DNA from: Centroscyllium fabricii
Taxonomy: Eukaryota
NCBI GenBank assembly: GCA_051313645.2
Contig: JBNRSN020000003.1
Location: forward strand, 431,706,001-431,770,000
DNA: 64,000 nt
Direction of reading: 5' to 3'
The notes beneath the pieces are model-generated. The model had not been told where the DNA came from and made no database searches. It saw nothing but the letters and a program-made list of their open reading frames with translations. Position 1 is the stretch's first letter; every line of letters starts with the position of its first letter. Positions 37,689-47,419 of this stretch are shown one piece after another. Both the position numbers and the translations under genes were made by a program.

Positions 37689-39182
37689 CTATGGAAGGAG
37701 GACCAAAGGTAATGACAGGTGTACTGATGCACTTAACAAAATCAAGACACTGTGTTTAACAAGTCTGTCTCTTCATCATTTATAAACGACACAAAAACCA
37801 TCTAAATGTAAAAATCAATGCTCTCCTTCAGTTGTGATGGTAAGAAGGTTAAACAACTGGATTTTTCAAAGATGACTTTCGTGCCAACCCGGGATTAATA
37901 GGCTGAAAGCAACCTGTGGTGAGACAACACAGATATGCCACTGAGGCCATGATATTCTGCTGCAAAGTGCACCATCTAGTGGCCTGGAAGACACCCATCA
38001 AATCTTATGGCAAGTGGGTAATAAGAACATAAAAAATAGGAGCAGTGGGCGGCCATACGGCCCATCGAGCCTGCTCCGCCATTCAATAAGGTCGTGGCTG
38101 AAGTTCTACATCAACTCCGCTTTCCCGCCCTATCCCCATATCCTTCGATTCCCTTAGCGCCCAAGAATCTATCGATATCAGTCTTGAATATACTCAATGA
38201 CTGAGCATCCATTGCCCTCTGGGGTAGAGAGTTCCAAAGATTCACACCCTCAGTGAAGAAATTTCGCCTCATCTCAGTCCTAAATGGCCGACCCCTTATT
38301 CTGAGACTATGACCCCTGGAGAGATAAAGGATCAAATCTGCAGGGAAATCACAGAGGTGTGCAAGAAATATATTGTTGTGATATTGGGGGACTTTAATCT
38401 CCCAAATATCGATTGGGATAATGTTAAAGTAAAGGGAAAGGAGGGGGAGGAATTTCTGAAATGTGTTCAGGAGAACTTCCTTGACCAGTATGTTCTCGGC
38501 CCAGCTAGAAAGGAGGCATTGCTGATCTGATGCTGGGAAATGAGGTGGGCCAAGTGTCTGTGGGAGAACACTTGGGTAAGAGTGATCATCGTATCATAAG
38601 GTTTAGATTAGAAATGGAGAAGAGCAAGGAACAATCTAAAGTAGAACATCTAAATTGGAAGAGGGCTAACTTCAATGGGATGAGAGGAGATCTAGCCAGG
38701 GTAAAATGGAACCAAAGATTGACAGGAAAAACTGTAATGGAACAATGGGTGATCTTTATGGAGATGATGTTTCAGGTACAGGCTAGGTACATTCCAACAA
38801 GAGGGAAAGGTAGGGGAACCAAAGCCAGGGCTCCATGGATGACGATAAGAGGGTGTATGATGCATGTCAGGTGAATTCTTCAAGTGAGAACCAGACCAAA
38901 TACAATAAGTTGAGAGGGGAAGTGAAGAGGAAACTAAGACTGGCAAAGAGAGAATATGAGAATAGAATGGTAGTTAACATAAAAAAGAACCCAAAAATCT
39001 TCTACCGGCATGTAAATAGTAAGCAGGTAGGAAGAGGTGGGGTGAGACCTATTCGGGACAAAGAGCTTAGAGACGCAGGACAAGGCTAGAATACTTACTT
39101 AGTAAACACTGATACAAAGTACTCATTAAGAGGATACAGGTTGAAGTTCATTAATCCGGCACCCGAAAAACCGGCAGCTTCA

Positions 39183-39587
39183 CGGCACGGTGGCATAGTG
39201 GTTAGCACTGTTGCATCACAGCACTGGAGACCCGGGTTCAAATCCAGCCTCGGGTACTATCTGTGTGGAGTTTGCACATTCTCCCCGTGTCTGCGTGGGT
39301 TTCCTCCGGGTGCTCCGGTTTCCTCCCACAGTCCAAAGATGTGCGGGTTAGGTTGATTGGCCAGGATAAAGTGACCCGTAGTGTTAGGGGGATCGAATAT
39401 GTGGGGTTACGGGGATAGGGTGGGATATGTGTCGGTGCAGGTTCGATAGGGATCGAGGGATATGGGGACAAGGCAGGGACAGGGTACTGGGTTTGGATGA
39501 TCAGCCATGATCTCATTGAATGGCGGAGCAGGCTCGAAGGGCCGAATGGCCTACTCCTGCTCCTATCTTCTATGTTTCTATGTTTCA
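39183..39587 (+). mobile_element. HE1-type V-SINE (full length) inside the Pack-MITE
   Basis: tRNA head, V-domain and CR1 tail ending ctatgtttctatgtttc. Confidence 0.88.
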
Positions 39588-39680
39588 GTCGTTTGGCACA
39601 GATTTTCCCGACGCCGGCACAGACAATTCAAAATGGCTGCCGTCGGGGCTGGGCTTCCCTTACACCGAACATATACTCAC

Positions 39681-39795
39681 TGGATCCCGGCTTAGTGACC
39701 ATTCCGATGCCGATGGTGAATCCCAGGCCCAGAAGATGAGCTGTTGTGACAGCTGCCTTTCGCAGGACGCGATACAGGCAATGCTCGGTGCCCAT
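39681..39795 (-). pseudogene. CYB561D2: Transposon-captured first coding exon of CYB561D2 (cytochrome b561 family member D2)
   Basis: gcagcgATGG (strong Kozak context), then MGTEHCLYRVLRKAAVTTAHLLGLGFTIGIGMVTKPGS(S) and a |gtgagt donor; aligns by eye to human CYB561D2 [38 protein letters not shown] (recalled); lies inside a TIR element, no other exons present. Confidence 0.88.
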
Positions 39796-40069
39796 CGCTG
39801 CCGGAGGCTCCTGCCTGGCTGCGTGCTGACGTCACCGCGTTCCGAAGCTGGCGTGCGGTGGCGTCACGTGAGCCGGGCTTGAGCCGCACATTGGGCCTCA
39901 GGCCCGCTGAAGCCGTGCACTCCCTGATCCGCAGCAGAATCGATGGCTGCGTGCTGACGTCACCGCGTTCCGAAGCTGGCGTGCGGTGGCGTCACGTGAG
40001 CCGGGCTTGAGCCGCACATTGGGCCTCAGGCCCGGTGGAGCCGTGCAGCCTGACCCGCAGCAGAATCGA
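39796..40069. promoter_or_regulatory. Captured CYB561D2/NPRL2 bidirectional promoter, present as a 128-bp tandem duplication
   Basis: CpG-rich; units at about 39816-39943 and 39944-40069; each has a CRE TGACGTCA (39827, 39955) and an E-box GTCACGTG (39863, 39991). Confidence 0.75.
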
Positions 40070-40112
40070 GTGAGAGTTCCACCCGACCCGTGGGCCGAAA
40101 ATCAACTGGCAG
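40050..40112 (+). pseudogene. NPRL2: Transposon-captured, disabled first exon of NPRL2 (GATOR1 subunit)
   Basis: CTG (presumed former ATG) TRSRIE*EFHPTRGPKINWQ|gtacc versus human [26 protein letters not shown]|V (recalled); apparent 12-nt deletion creating TGA; head-to-head with the CYB561D2 exon as in mammals. Confidence 0.86.
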
Positions 40113-41010
40113 GTACCAGCGAGCGCATGCGCAGAGCATTGAAAATTTTGTGTCAGCCATTTTGAATGTTCTGTGCATGCGCCGCCGTAACTGCAGTAAT
40201 TCGGTGTTTTCAACGATCCGGCAGGGTGCTGGTCCCGACCTTGCCGGATTAATGAACTTCAACCTGTACTGACAAAATATCGGTAGAAGCGGAGATGGCA
40301 GAGGTAATGGATGGAGTGCAAATTGATGGGCAGGGTGTATTGGAAAGGCTGGATATGCTTAGAGTGCATAAGTCGCCTGGTCTGGATGGCTTGCATCCCT
40401 GGTTGCTAAGGGAAGCGGGGGTGGATAGTGGAAGGGCTTGCCATAATCTTCCAATCTTCCCTAGATATGGGGGAGCCTGCCAGAGGATTGGAAAATGGCA
40501 AAATGTGACACCCTTATTCAAGAAAGGGTGTAAAGACAATCCTAGTAACTATAGGCCAGTCAGTTTAACATCAGTAGTGGGTAAGGCTTTAGAAACAATA
40601 ATCAGGGAAAAAATTAACAGGCACTTGGAGAGGTTTAAGTTAATTAATGAGAGCCAGCATGGATTTGTAAAAGGCAGATCTAATTGAATTTTTTGATGAA
40701 GTGAGAGAGAAGGTTGACGAAGGGAATGCAGTGGATGTTGTCTATATGGATTTTAAGAAAGTGTTTGACAAAGTACCACATATGAGGCTGGGTAACAAAA
40801 TTGAGGCTCCTAGAATAGGAGGGTCAGTGTCAGCTTGGATAAGAAATTGGCTTAAGGACAGAAAACAGCGAGTCGTGGTAAATAGTTGTTTTTCAGACTG
40901 GAGGATGGTAGACAGTGGTATTCCCCAAAGGTCAGTGCTAGGACCACTGCTTTTTTTGATAAATGACTTGGATATTGGAATACAGAGTAAAATTTATAAA
41001 TTTGCCGATA

Positions 41011-41541
41011 CAGGTTGTGCACCATTAATCCGCCACGGGCGGGACCAGGCCCGTGCCAGGAAATGGAAAAAACCGGGAGAACGAGTTTGGACACTGCGCA
41101 TGCGCGCCAGTCAAAATGGCCGCGCGCATGCGCGCAGCATTGCGATTGGCTGGCGCGCGCATGCGCAGATCGGGCCCGGGTCCGCCGTCCCTCTCCATCG
41201 CCTTTGGGGTTGCTGCTGCCGCCGAGCGGGACTCAGGCTGACAGCTGTTGCCTAGTGACTGTCCGCCTCAGTCACGGGGCTCAGCTGTCGAGAAAATAAC
41301 GGGCGGCCGTATTGAATTATCTGCGCATGCACTAACCGTCCGGCGACGCATGCGCAGATCATTCAAAACACCCGCAGCTGTTTTGAATGATCTGCGCATG
41401 CGCTCGGCACATGCGCAGATCATTCGCTGAAGCCACGATGGGGGCTGCCATTTTGCGCATGCGCAGTGCAGTCGGGGCAATTTGTGCCGGCAGACTGAAG
41501 CTGCCGGCTATTCGGGACACGGATTAACGGTGCTCAACCTG
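41011..41541. mobile_element. Tigger/pogo-like MITE inserted at the CR1 RT FADD motif
   Basis: tttgccgaTA|CAGGTTGTGCACCATTAATCCG ... CGGATTAACGGTGCTCAACCTG|TAccaccaaactt; CpG-rich unique payload. Confidence 0.87.
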
Positions 41542-43031
41542 TACCACCAAACTTGAAAGTGTGGCAAACAGTGAGGAGGATACCAATCGACTGCAACAGG
41601 ACATAGATAGGCTAGCAGAATGGGCAGATAAGTGGCAGATGGGATTTAATACAGAGAAGTGTGAGGTGATGCATGTTGTCAGAAGGAACAGGAAGAGGTA
41701 ATATAGACTTAATGGCACAGTTCTAAAGAGTGTGCAGCGACAGAGGGACCTGGGGGTTCATGTGCATAGATCTTTGAAAGTGGCAGGACATACTGAGAGA
41801 GTAGTTTGCAAAGCATATGGGATGTTGGGTTTCATAAATAGAGATATTGAGTACATAAGCAGGGAAGCTATGCTGAACCTTTATAAAGTTCTAGTTAGGC
41901 CACAACTGAAGTATTACGTCCAGTTCTGGTCACCATACCCTAGGAAGCATGTGAAGGTCCTTGAGAGGGTGCAGAGGAGATTTACCAGAAGGGTTCCAGG
42001 GATGAGGGGTTTTAGCTACAAGGTTAGGTGGAGTAGCTGGGGTTGTTCTCCTTGGAGCAAAGGAGGTTGAGGGGAGATTTGATAGAGGTGTACAAGATTA
42101 TGACAGGTTTGGCTAAGGTAGACAGAGAAAGGCTGTTCCCATTAACTGATGGTACAAGGATGAGGGGACACAGATTTAAGGTTTTGGGCAAGAGATACAG
42201 GGGAGATGTGAGGAAGAACTTTTTTACGCAGCGAGTGATAATGACCTGGAACTCGCTGCCGACAAGGGTGGTGGAAGCGGAGACGATCAATGATTTCAAA
42301 AAGAAAATGGATAGGCACTTGAGGGAAATAAACTTGCAGGGCTACGGGGATAGAGCGGGACAATCGGACTGACTGGATTGCTCTACAGAGAGCTGGCACG
42401 GACTCGATGGGCTGAATGGCCTCCTTTTGTGCCGTAATGATTCTAAGACTCTATATCTCGGCTCTCCAGCCAGGGGAAACAGCCTCTCAACATCTATCCT
42501 GTCAGACCCTCTCAGAATCTTATTTGTTTCAATGAGATCACCTCTCATTCTTCTAAGCTCCAGAGAATATAGGCCCATGATAATCTCTCCTTATAGGACA
42601 ACCCTTTCATCCCAGAAATCAATTTAGTGAACTTTCATTGCACCTCCTCTAAGGTAAGTATAACCTTCCTTATTTGAGTAACAAGCAGTTATGGATGGAT
42701 CAGCAGGTACAATGCCAGAGCATTGGATTCTTAACTAGCATTGGCCAGACCAACTGAATGAAAAGGCACAGGAGCAGCAAAACATTTCATCAATGTTGTG
42801 CCTCAGAACTTCACAGCTTTTCAGCAATTTCTGGGTCTTCAGTGAATGGGCTGCTGCGATTATCACCCCCATGAAATATCTCCCACTTTGAAATTATGCT
42901 GAACAGTATTGCTGAAACAAATGTAACATTTGCATTTATAGAAAGCTGTCAAAAAAAAGGGGGGATCTTTTGCTTGAAAGAAAGTCTACAAGTTTGGCAT
43001 AGCTTAGATTTTAAAAGCAGTATCCCCCCAC

Positions 43032-43190
43032 CTGCAGTATCCGCTCCTGATGCACCCCAACAAAGTCTAAGGCTTCTGTGAGGAAGTTGTAGCGCAGTGA
43101 CTTTAAAAGTCTCTCCATCAGTGACATGGCGAGTCGATAAACACCTGGCCAGGACGGGGCGTCCAGAGACTTGCGTGAGGATCCCAAAGA
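43032..43190 (-). CDS. NUP188: NUP188 exon
   Basis: SLGSSRKSLDAPSWPGVYRLAMSLMERLLKSLRYNFLTEALDFVGVHQERILQ; 159 nt. Confidence 0.96.
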
Positions 43191-43354
43191 CTGAATTATA
43201 GAAAGATCAATAAAAACAATGCGAGGCATTAAACAGTAATGATTAGCTCAGCTGAAACATCAGACAAGCATTCTCTACATTTCAGGCTATCTCAAGTAAC
43301 TGAATGAAAGACAGGTTGCCAAAAATATGTTAAGGAACAGGAGAGTTGATAAGA

Positions 43355-43478
43355 TAGCAAAATACTGCGGATGCTGAAAATCCGAAATAACAACAGAAAA
43401 TGCTGGAAAAACTCAGCAGGCCACTCCACCGATGCTGCCTGGCCTGCTGAGTTTTGCCAGCATTTTCTGTTGTTATTT
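43355..43478. mobile_element. Penelope-like family 2 mini-foldback
   Basis: AATAACAACAGAAAATGCTGG...CAGCAGGCCA inverted against TGGCCTGCTGAG...CTGTTGTTATT, plus an extension. Confidence 0.7.
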
Positions 43479-43483
43479 AGGAA

Positions 43484-43614
43484 TGATGTGGAGGTGCCGG
43501 TGTTGGACTGGGGTGGACAATTGCAAGAAGTCACACAACACCAGATTATAGTCCAACAGTTTTATTTTAAATCACAAGCTTGGACTATAATCTGGTGTTG
43601 TGTGACTTCTTGCA
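43484..43614. mobile_element. Short Penelope-like foldback (family 1)
   Basis: perfect 12-bp TSD GTTATTTAGGAA; inverted arms with the tail. Confidence 0.8.
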
Positions 43615-44383
43615 GTTATTTAGGAAGGTTAATAAGCCTGGCTCAACCATAGGCGTTCTATGGGTCTGTGCTACAGCTATAGACATATCTGATCCAATTA
43701 TGCAGAAGACTTGATACTGCACTAATGAGAACATGCAACCGTGTAAGATTTTTATATGCAATACAGGTATTGATCGGAAAACATGTGGCTCTTCCCAGTT
43801 ATGTGCATGTTGAAGCATCTTGATATCATGCTGAAAAGTACAAGTTCTGAATATAATTTTGTAACAGCCAGATGGAATCAAAGGATTTCTTCAACCCAAT
43901 AGCACTGAGAGACATTAATAATCACATCACTTGTGGGGAAAGGAAGAGATGGCACTTCAAAATTCATAAACTCAGAATAGGAAAGGATAAGTAGGATTAT
44001 AAAATCAGGACCCCTAAAACTGAAATCTAACATTCTTTTAGAAATTAATTTGTGCCTGTTGTAATATACAATTGGAACACAGTATATTAAAACACAGCAG
44101 GAACAGGATTAATAAGAGTATATAATTGGGATTTATCAAGAACATTATAGACAGCAAAGATGCTTTGTGGAAGCCATAAGAACAAAAGTATAGACTAAGA
44201 ATAAGAAAATACCATTCAGTCTATCAAAGTTGCTCCATCAGACATGCAATCTAACCCACCTGTCCAATCTCCACAATTCAATCCTGATTGGTTGCCCTCC
44301 ACAGACAACCACCACGCTCCCCAAAGCCCCAGCAGAACAGGAACCATCATGGCCCGTGAAGTAGTTCATCTTTTTTGTATATA

Positions 44384-44698
44384 CAGGTTGTGCACCGTTA
44401 ATCCGGGACCCGATGGTCCGGCACGAATCCGTCTGGCCAGCCCACGTGATCCCAGGGACGCTCGCGATGTGCGGGCTTCTCCCTGACTGGTCTACGCATG
44501 CGCAGCGGCCATTTTGAATTGTCTGAGCCTACGCGGCGGCCATTTTGAATGGTCTGCGCCTACGCGGCGGCCATTTTGAATGGTCTGCGCATGCGCAGCG
44601 GCCATTTTGAATGGTCTGCGCATGCGCTCCCCGAACCTTCAGTGGTTCGGATTTTTAAGTGGTCCGGCACCGGCCTGGTCCCAACGGTGCACAACCTG
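44384..44698. mobile_element. Tigger/pogo-like MITE with a 31-bp tandem repeat
   Basis: TA TSD; TIR CAGGTTGTGCACCGTT; 4 units of GCGGCCATTTTGAATGGTCTGCGCATGCGCA with period 31. Confidence 0.85.
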
Positions 44699-44945
44699 TA
44701 CTTACCCTAATATCCTCCTCCCTGATGACACTTGAGCAAATTTGCCTCCTATCTGGTTGCTTAAGGTGACTATGAAGAAGCCCTCAAAACTGGATACAAT
44801 TTCAAAAACACGAGGTTTAATTTAAAAACTCAACTTTGAGACGCACACAGGGGTATGCAATTCACATGTAAAGTATTCACGCGACACTATGATCACTATA
44901 GAACAACTCCCATCATTCTGTGCACTGCACTTCAGTCCTCGTTAC

Positions 44946-45038
44946 CTGGGCAGTTCCATTGGTGCTCAGCTGGTAAACGCTTAGGAGTGGCAGGCAAATG
45001 CTTGGTAAGACACCGGCTCCCGCCACTGCAGCTGCTCC
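44946..45038 (-). CDS. NUP188: NUP188 exon
   Basis: GAAAVAGAGVLPSICLPLLSVYQLSTNGTAQ; 93 nt. Confidence 0.95.
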
Positions 45039-45233
45039 CTGAAAGTACGAGGTGACAAGAAAAATCTTAACTCAACAGAAAGCAATTTGTACAAAATTCC
45101 TAACAGCATTTAATGGATTATTGACAGATTATGCACATCATTGACATAACACACACACAGTATTACACCACTGTATCATTGAGAGACACACAAAAGTTAT
45201 TCTCATAGCAAGCCGCCTATAATAGACAAGGTA

Positions 45234-45797
45234 CAGGTTGAGCACCATTGATCCGTTACCCGAAAAGCCGGCAACTTCGAACGTCCGGCAATAATTTCCC
45301 CGACTGCCCTGCGCATGTGCAAAATGGCCACCGCGATCGCTGCTTCGGCGACTGATCTGCGCATGCGCCGCCGAACGGCGAGCGCATGCGCAGTTCATTC
45401 ACAATGACCTCCCCGAGCCGATCCTACCCGAGCCTGGCAGCTGCGAGCCTCCCCGAGCCTGACCGCTGTGAGCCTGCCCGAGCCTGGCCGCTGCGAGCCT
45501 CTCCGAGCCTGGCCGCTGCGAGCCTGCCCGAGCCTGGCCGCTGCGAGCCTCTCCGAGCCTGGCCGCTGCGAGCCTGCCCGAGCCTGGCCGCTGTGAGCCT
45601 GCCCAAGCCGCTGCGAGAGCCGGGTCTCCCCGAACGATAAGCACAAAAGCAGACCACTCAAAATTGCCGCCGGCCTTTCGCGGCGGCCATTTTGAATGGT
45701 CTGCGCATGCGCGCGCCGAAGCTTCAATCGTTCGGGATTTTCACTTTCCCGGCACGGGCCTGGTCCCGCCCGTGCCGGATTAACGGTGCTCAACCTG
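45234..45797. mobile_element. Tigger/pogo-like MITE, inverted sister of the 26595 copy
   Basis: TA TSD and TIRs; about 7-8 units of the same 25-bp minisatellite. Confidence 0.87.
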
Positions 45798-45879
45798 TAT
45801 CTTATATAGGCTCACAGTGAGAGAGACTTGAAAAGACTTGGAAATAATGAGTCAGAGTTCATTGTCTTTCAAAATCTGT

Positions 45880-46366
45880 TATCAGCTCTGATAAAAGATC
45901 ATCAACCTGAAACGTTAACCGGGCGGCACGGTGGTTAGCACTGTTGTCTCACAGCACTGGAGACCCGGGTTCAAATCCAGCCTCGGGTACTATCTGTGTG
46001 GAGTTTGCACATTCTCCCCGTGTCTGCGTGGGTTTCCTCCGGGTGCTCCGGTTTCCTCCCACAGTCCAAAGATGTGCGGGTTAGGTTGATTGGCCAGGAT
46101 AAATTGACCCTTAGTGTTAGGGGGTTTGAATATGTGGGGTTACGGGGATAGGGTGGGATATGTGTCGATGCAGGCTCGATAGGGATATGGGGAGAGGGCA
46201 GGGGCGGGGTGCAGGGTTTGGATGATCAGCCATGATCTCATTGAATGGCGGAGCAGGCTCGAAGGGCCGAATGGCCTACTCCTGCTCCTAGTTTCTATGT
46301 TTCTGTTTCTCTCTCCACAGATGCTGCCTGACCTGCTGAGTATTTCCAGCATTTTCTGTTTTTATT
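45880..46366 (+). mobile_element. Penelope-like family 2 pLTR split by an HE1 SINE
   Basis: CTGATAAAAGATCATCAACCTGAAACGTTAAC | SINE | TCTGTTTCTCTCTCCACAGATGCTGCCTGACCTGCTGAG. Confidence 0.68.
45920..46301 (+). mobile_element. HE1-type V-SINE
   Basis: head, V-domain and CR1-derived tail. Confidence 0.87.
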
Positions 46367-46424
46367 AATCCTAACGGATAACCAGATATCCTCAAAATCA
46401 CTAGAATTAAGAAACACTGCTTAC

Positions 46425-46625
46425 CTGCTGAGTTCTGGCCAGCACTAAAAGCAAGTGCAGCGTTGCCTCTGCAAAATGTAGATTCTGTTTGACTCGAAGA
46501 CTACGCTCTAAGGTGCTAAGCATGGCAGGAAGGACCGGAACCTTGCGAGTGATCAAAAATAGGTGGTCGCCACACTCATCCATTTCACAAAGTTCTTTGG
46601 CCAGATGCAGAGCCAGCACACACAC
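46425..46625 (-). CDS. NUP188: NUP188 exon
   Basis: VCVLALHLAKELCEMDECGDHLFLITRKVPVLPAMLSTLERSLRVKQNLHFAEATLHLLLVLARTQQ; 201 nt. Confidence 0.95.
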
Positions 46626-46724
46626 CTGGAGACAGAACGACTGATTAAACCAGAGACCATAAACTTAAGAGTTAAATCAGCCTTCTCCCAAGTGTATAAA
46701 TAAACAGCTGTGTTCTCCCCTTAC

Positions 46725-46912
46725 CCCATCTTTCTGGTCCTTGTGCTGTAACCGTGGTGCACAATCGGTCTCCATACTATCCTTGTCATCAGATAAGCCA
46801 GTATCTCCCATCGTCAGCGCATGATGTGTTTGGTCCAGCAGAACAATTGCCTCGGTATGTATGGTCTCGCACACAGTCATGAGCATTTGGGAATACTGAG
46901 GGAAGTCACTAA
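46725..46912 (-). CDS. NUP188: NUP188 exon
   Basis: (V)SDFPQYSQMLMTVCETIHTEAIVLLDQTHH...DKDSMETDCAPRLQHKDQKDG; 188 nt; followed by a 99-nt intron. Confidence 0.94.
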
Positions 46913-47419
46913 CTAAACAGAAAGGATAAAAAAGATTATGAACTGTACACTGGTAGATAGCTGCAAGTGAAGTACAAGGCAGTAAAATAACTGAATTTAT
47001 AAAATGTCATAAATCAGAAGCATGTACAGCTCAGGCAATTCATACTCAGATTTCTGAATCTGCCCTGAGCTATCATTTTAATTCACATTGAATAATACAA
47101 TTTTCCACGCGCACATATATGCATACAACACAAAAACAAACTATTGTTCAGCATGCTCATCACACCTCAAAATGATATGCCTGTCACATGTGTGAAGTGC
47201 TACGTCATATTTGCTTCTGGCTCGTATTCATAAAACACAACAAATCACATGTCTGCTCTGGTTTAGTTCGAATTTGTTAGCTTTCCTCAAGGTGTGTGCT
47301 AAGTGTGTATTGCTCCCCTCGTTATAAAATATTACATCCTCTGACCCCGTAAGCAATATCACAGGAGAGCAGTTAGTGCAGGCTGCAAAAAGAGAAGCTT
47401 TACTCACTTATTTCATGAA

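Larger units (their letters stand above)
39137..40266. mobile_element. Tigger/pogo-like non-autonomous TIR element carrying host-gene cargo (Pack-TIR)
   Basis: TA|CAGGTTGAAGTTCATTAATCCGGCA ... TGCCGGATTAATGAACTTCAACCTG|TA; contains an HE1 SINE and the CYB561D2/NPRL2 5' ends. Confidence 0.9.
38320..42455 (+). mobile_element. Long decayed CR1 LINE (endonuclease end plus RT) hosting two MITEs
   Basis: ILGDFNLPNIDW, NYRPVSLTSVVGK, SQHGFVKGRS, VYMDFKKVFDKVPH, then RT C-terminus and tail. Confidence 0.88.
38022..42670 (-). mobile_element. CR1 3' fragment split in two (38022-38319 and about 42456-42670) by the + strand CR1
   Basis: ...gagactatgacccctgg | insert | ...ctctccagccagggg is contiguous in the related copy at 28595-28635. 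Confidence 0.78.

Noticed and set aside
39183-39255. tRNA genes at SINE heads (also 15677, 45920, 50521, 59040-59130 and 60401)
   Set aside because: The A/B boxes continue into V or Deu domains and LINE-derived tails; no complete cloverleaf is evident.
39681-40112. Genuine nested CYB561D2 or NPRL2 genes
   Set aside because: Only first exons are present, enclosed by TIRs and TSDs inside a CR1, and the NPRL2 piece lacks its ATG and has a stop.
41170-41198. Assigning MERDGGPGP to ENPP1 (which starts MERDG)
   Set aside because: A five-residue match is not enough to name the gene.
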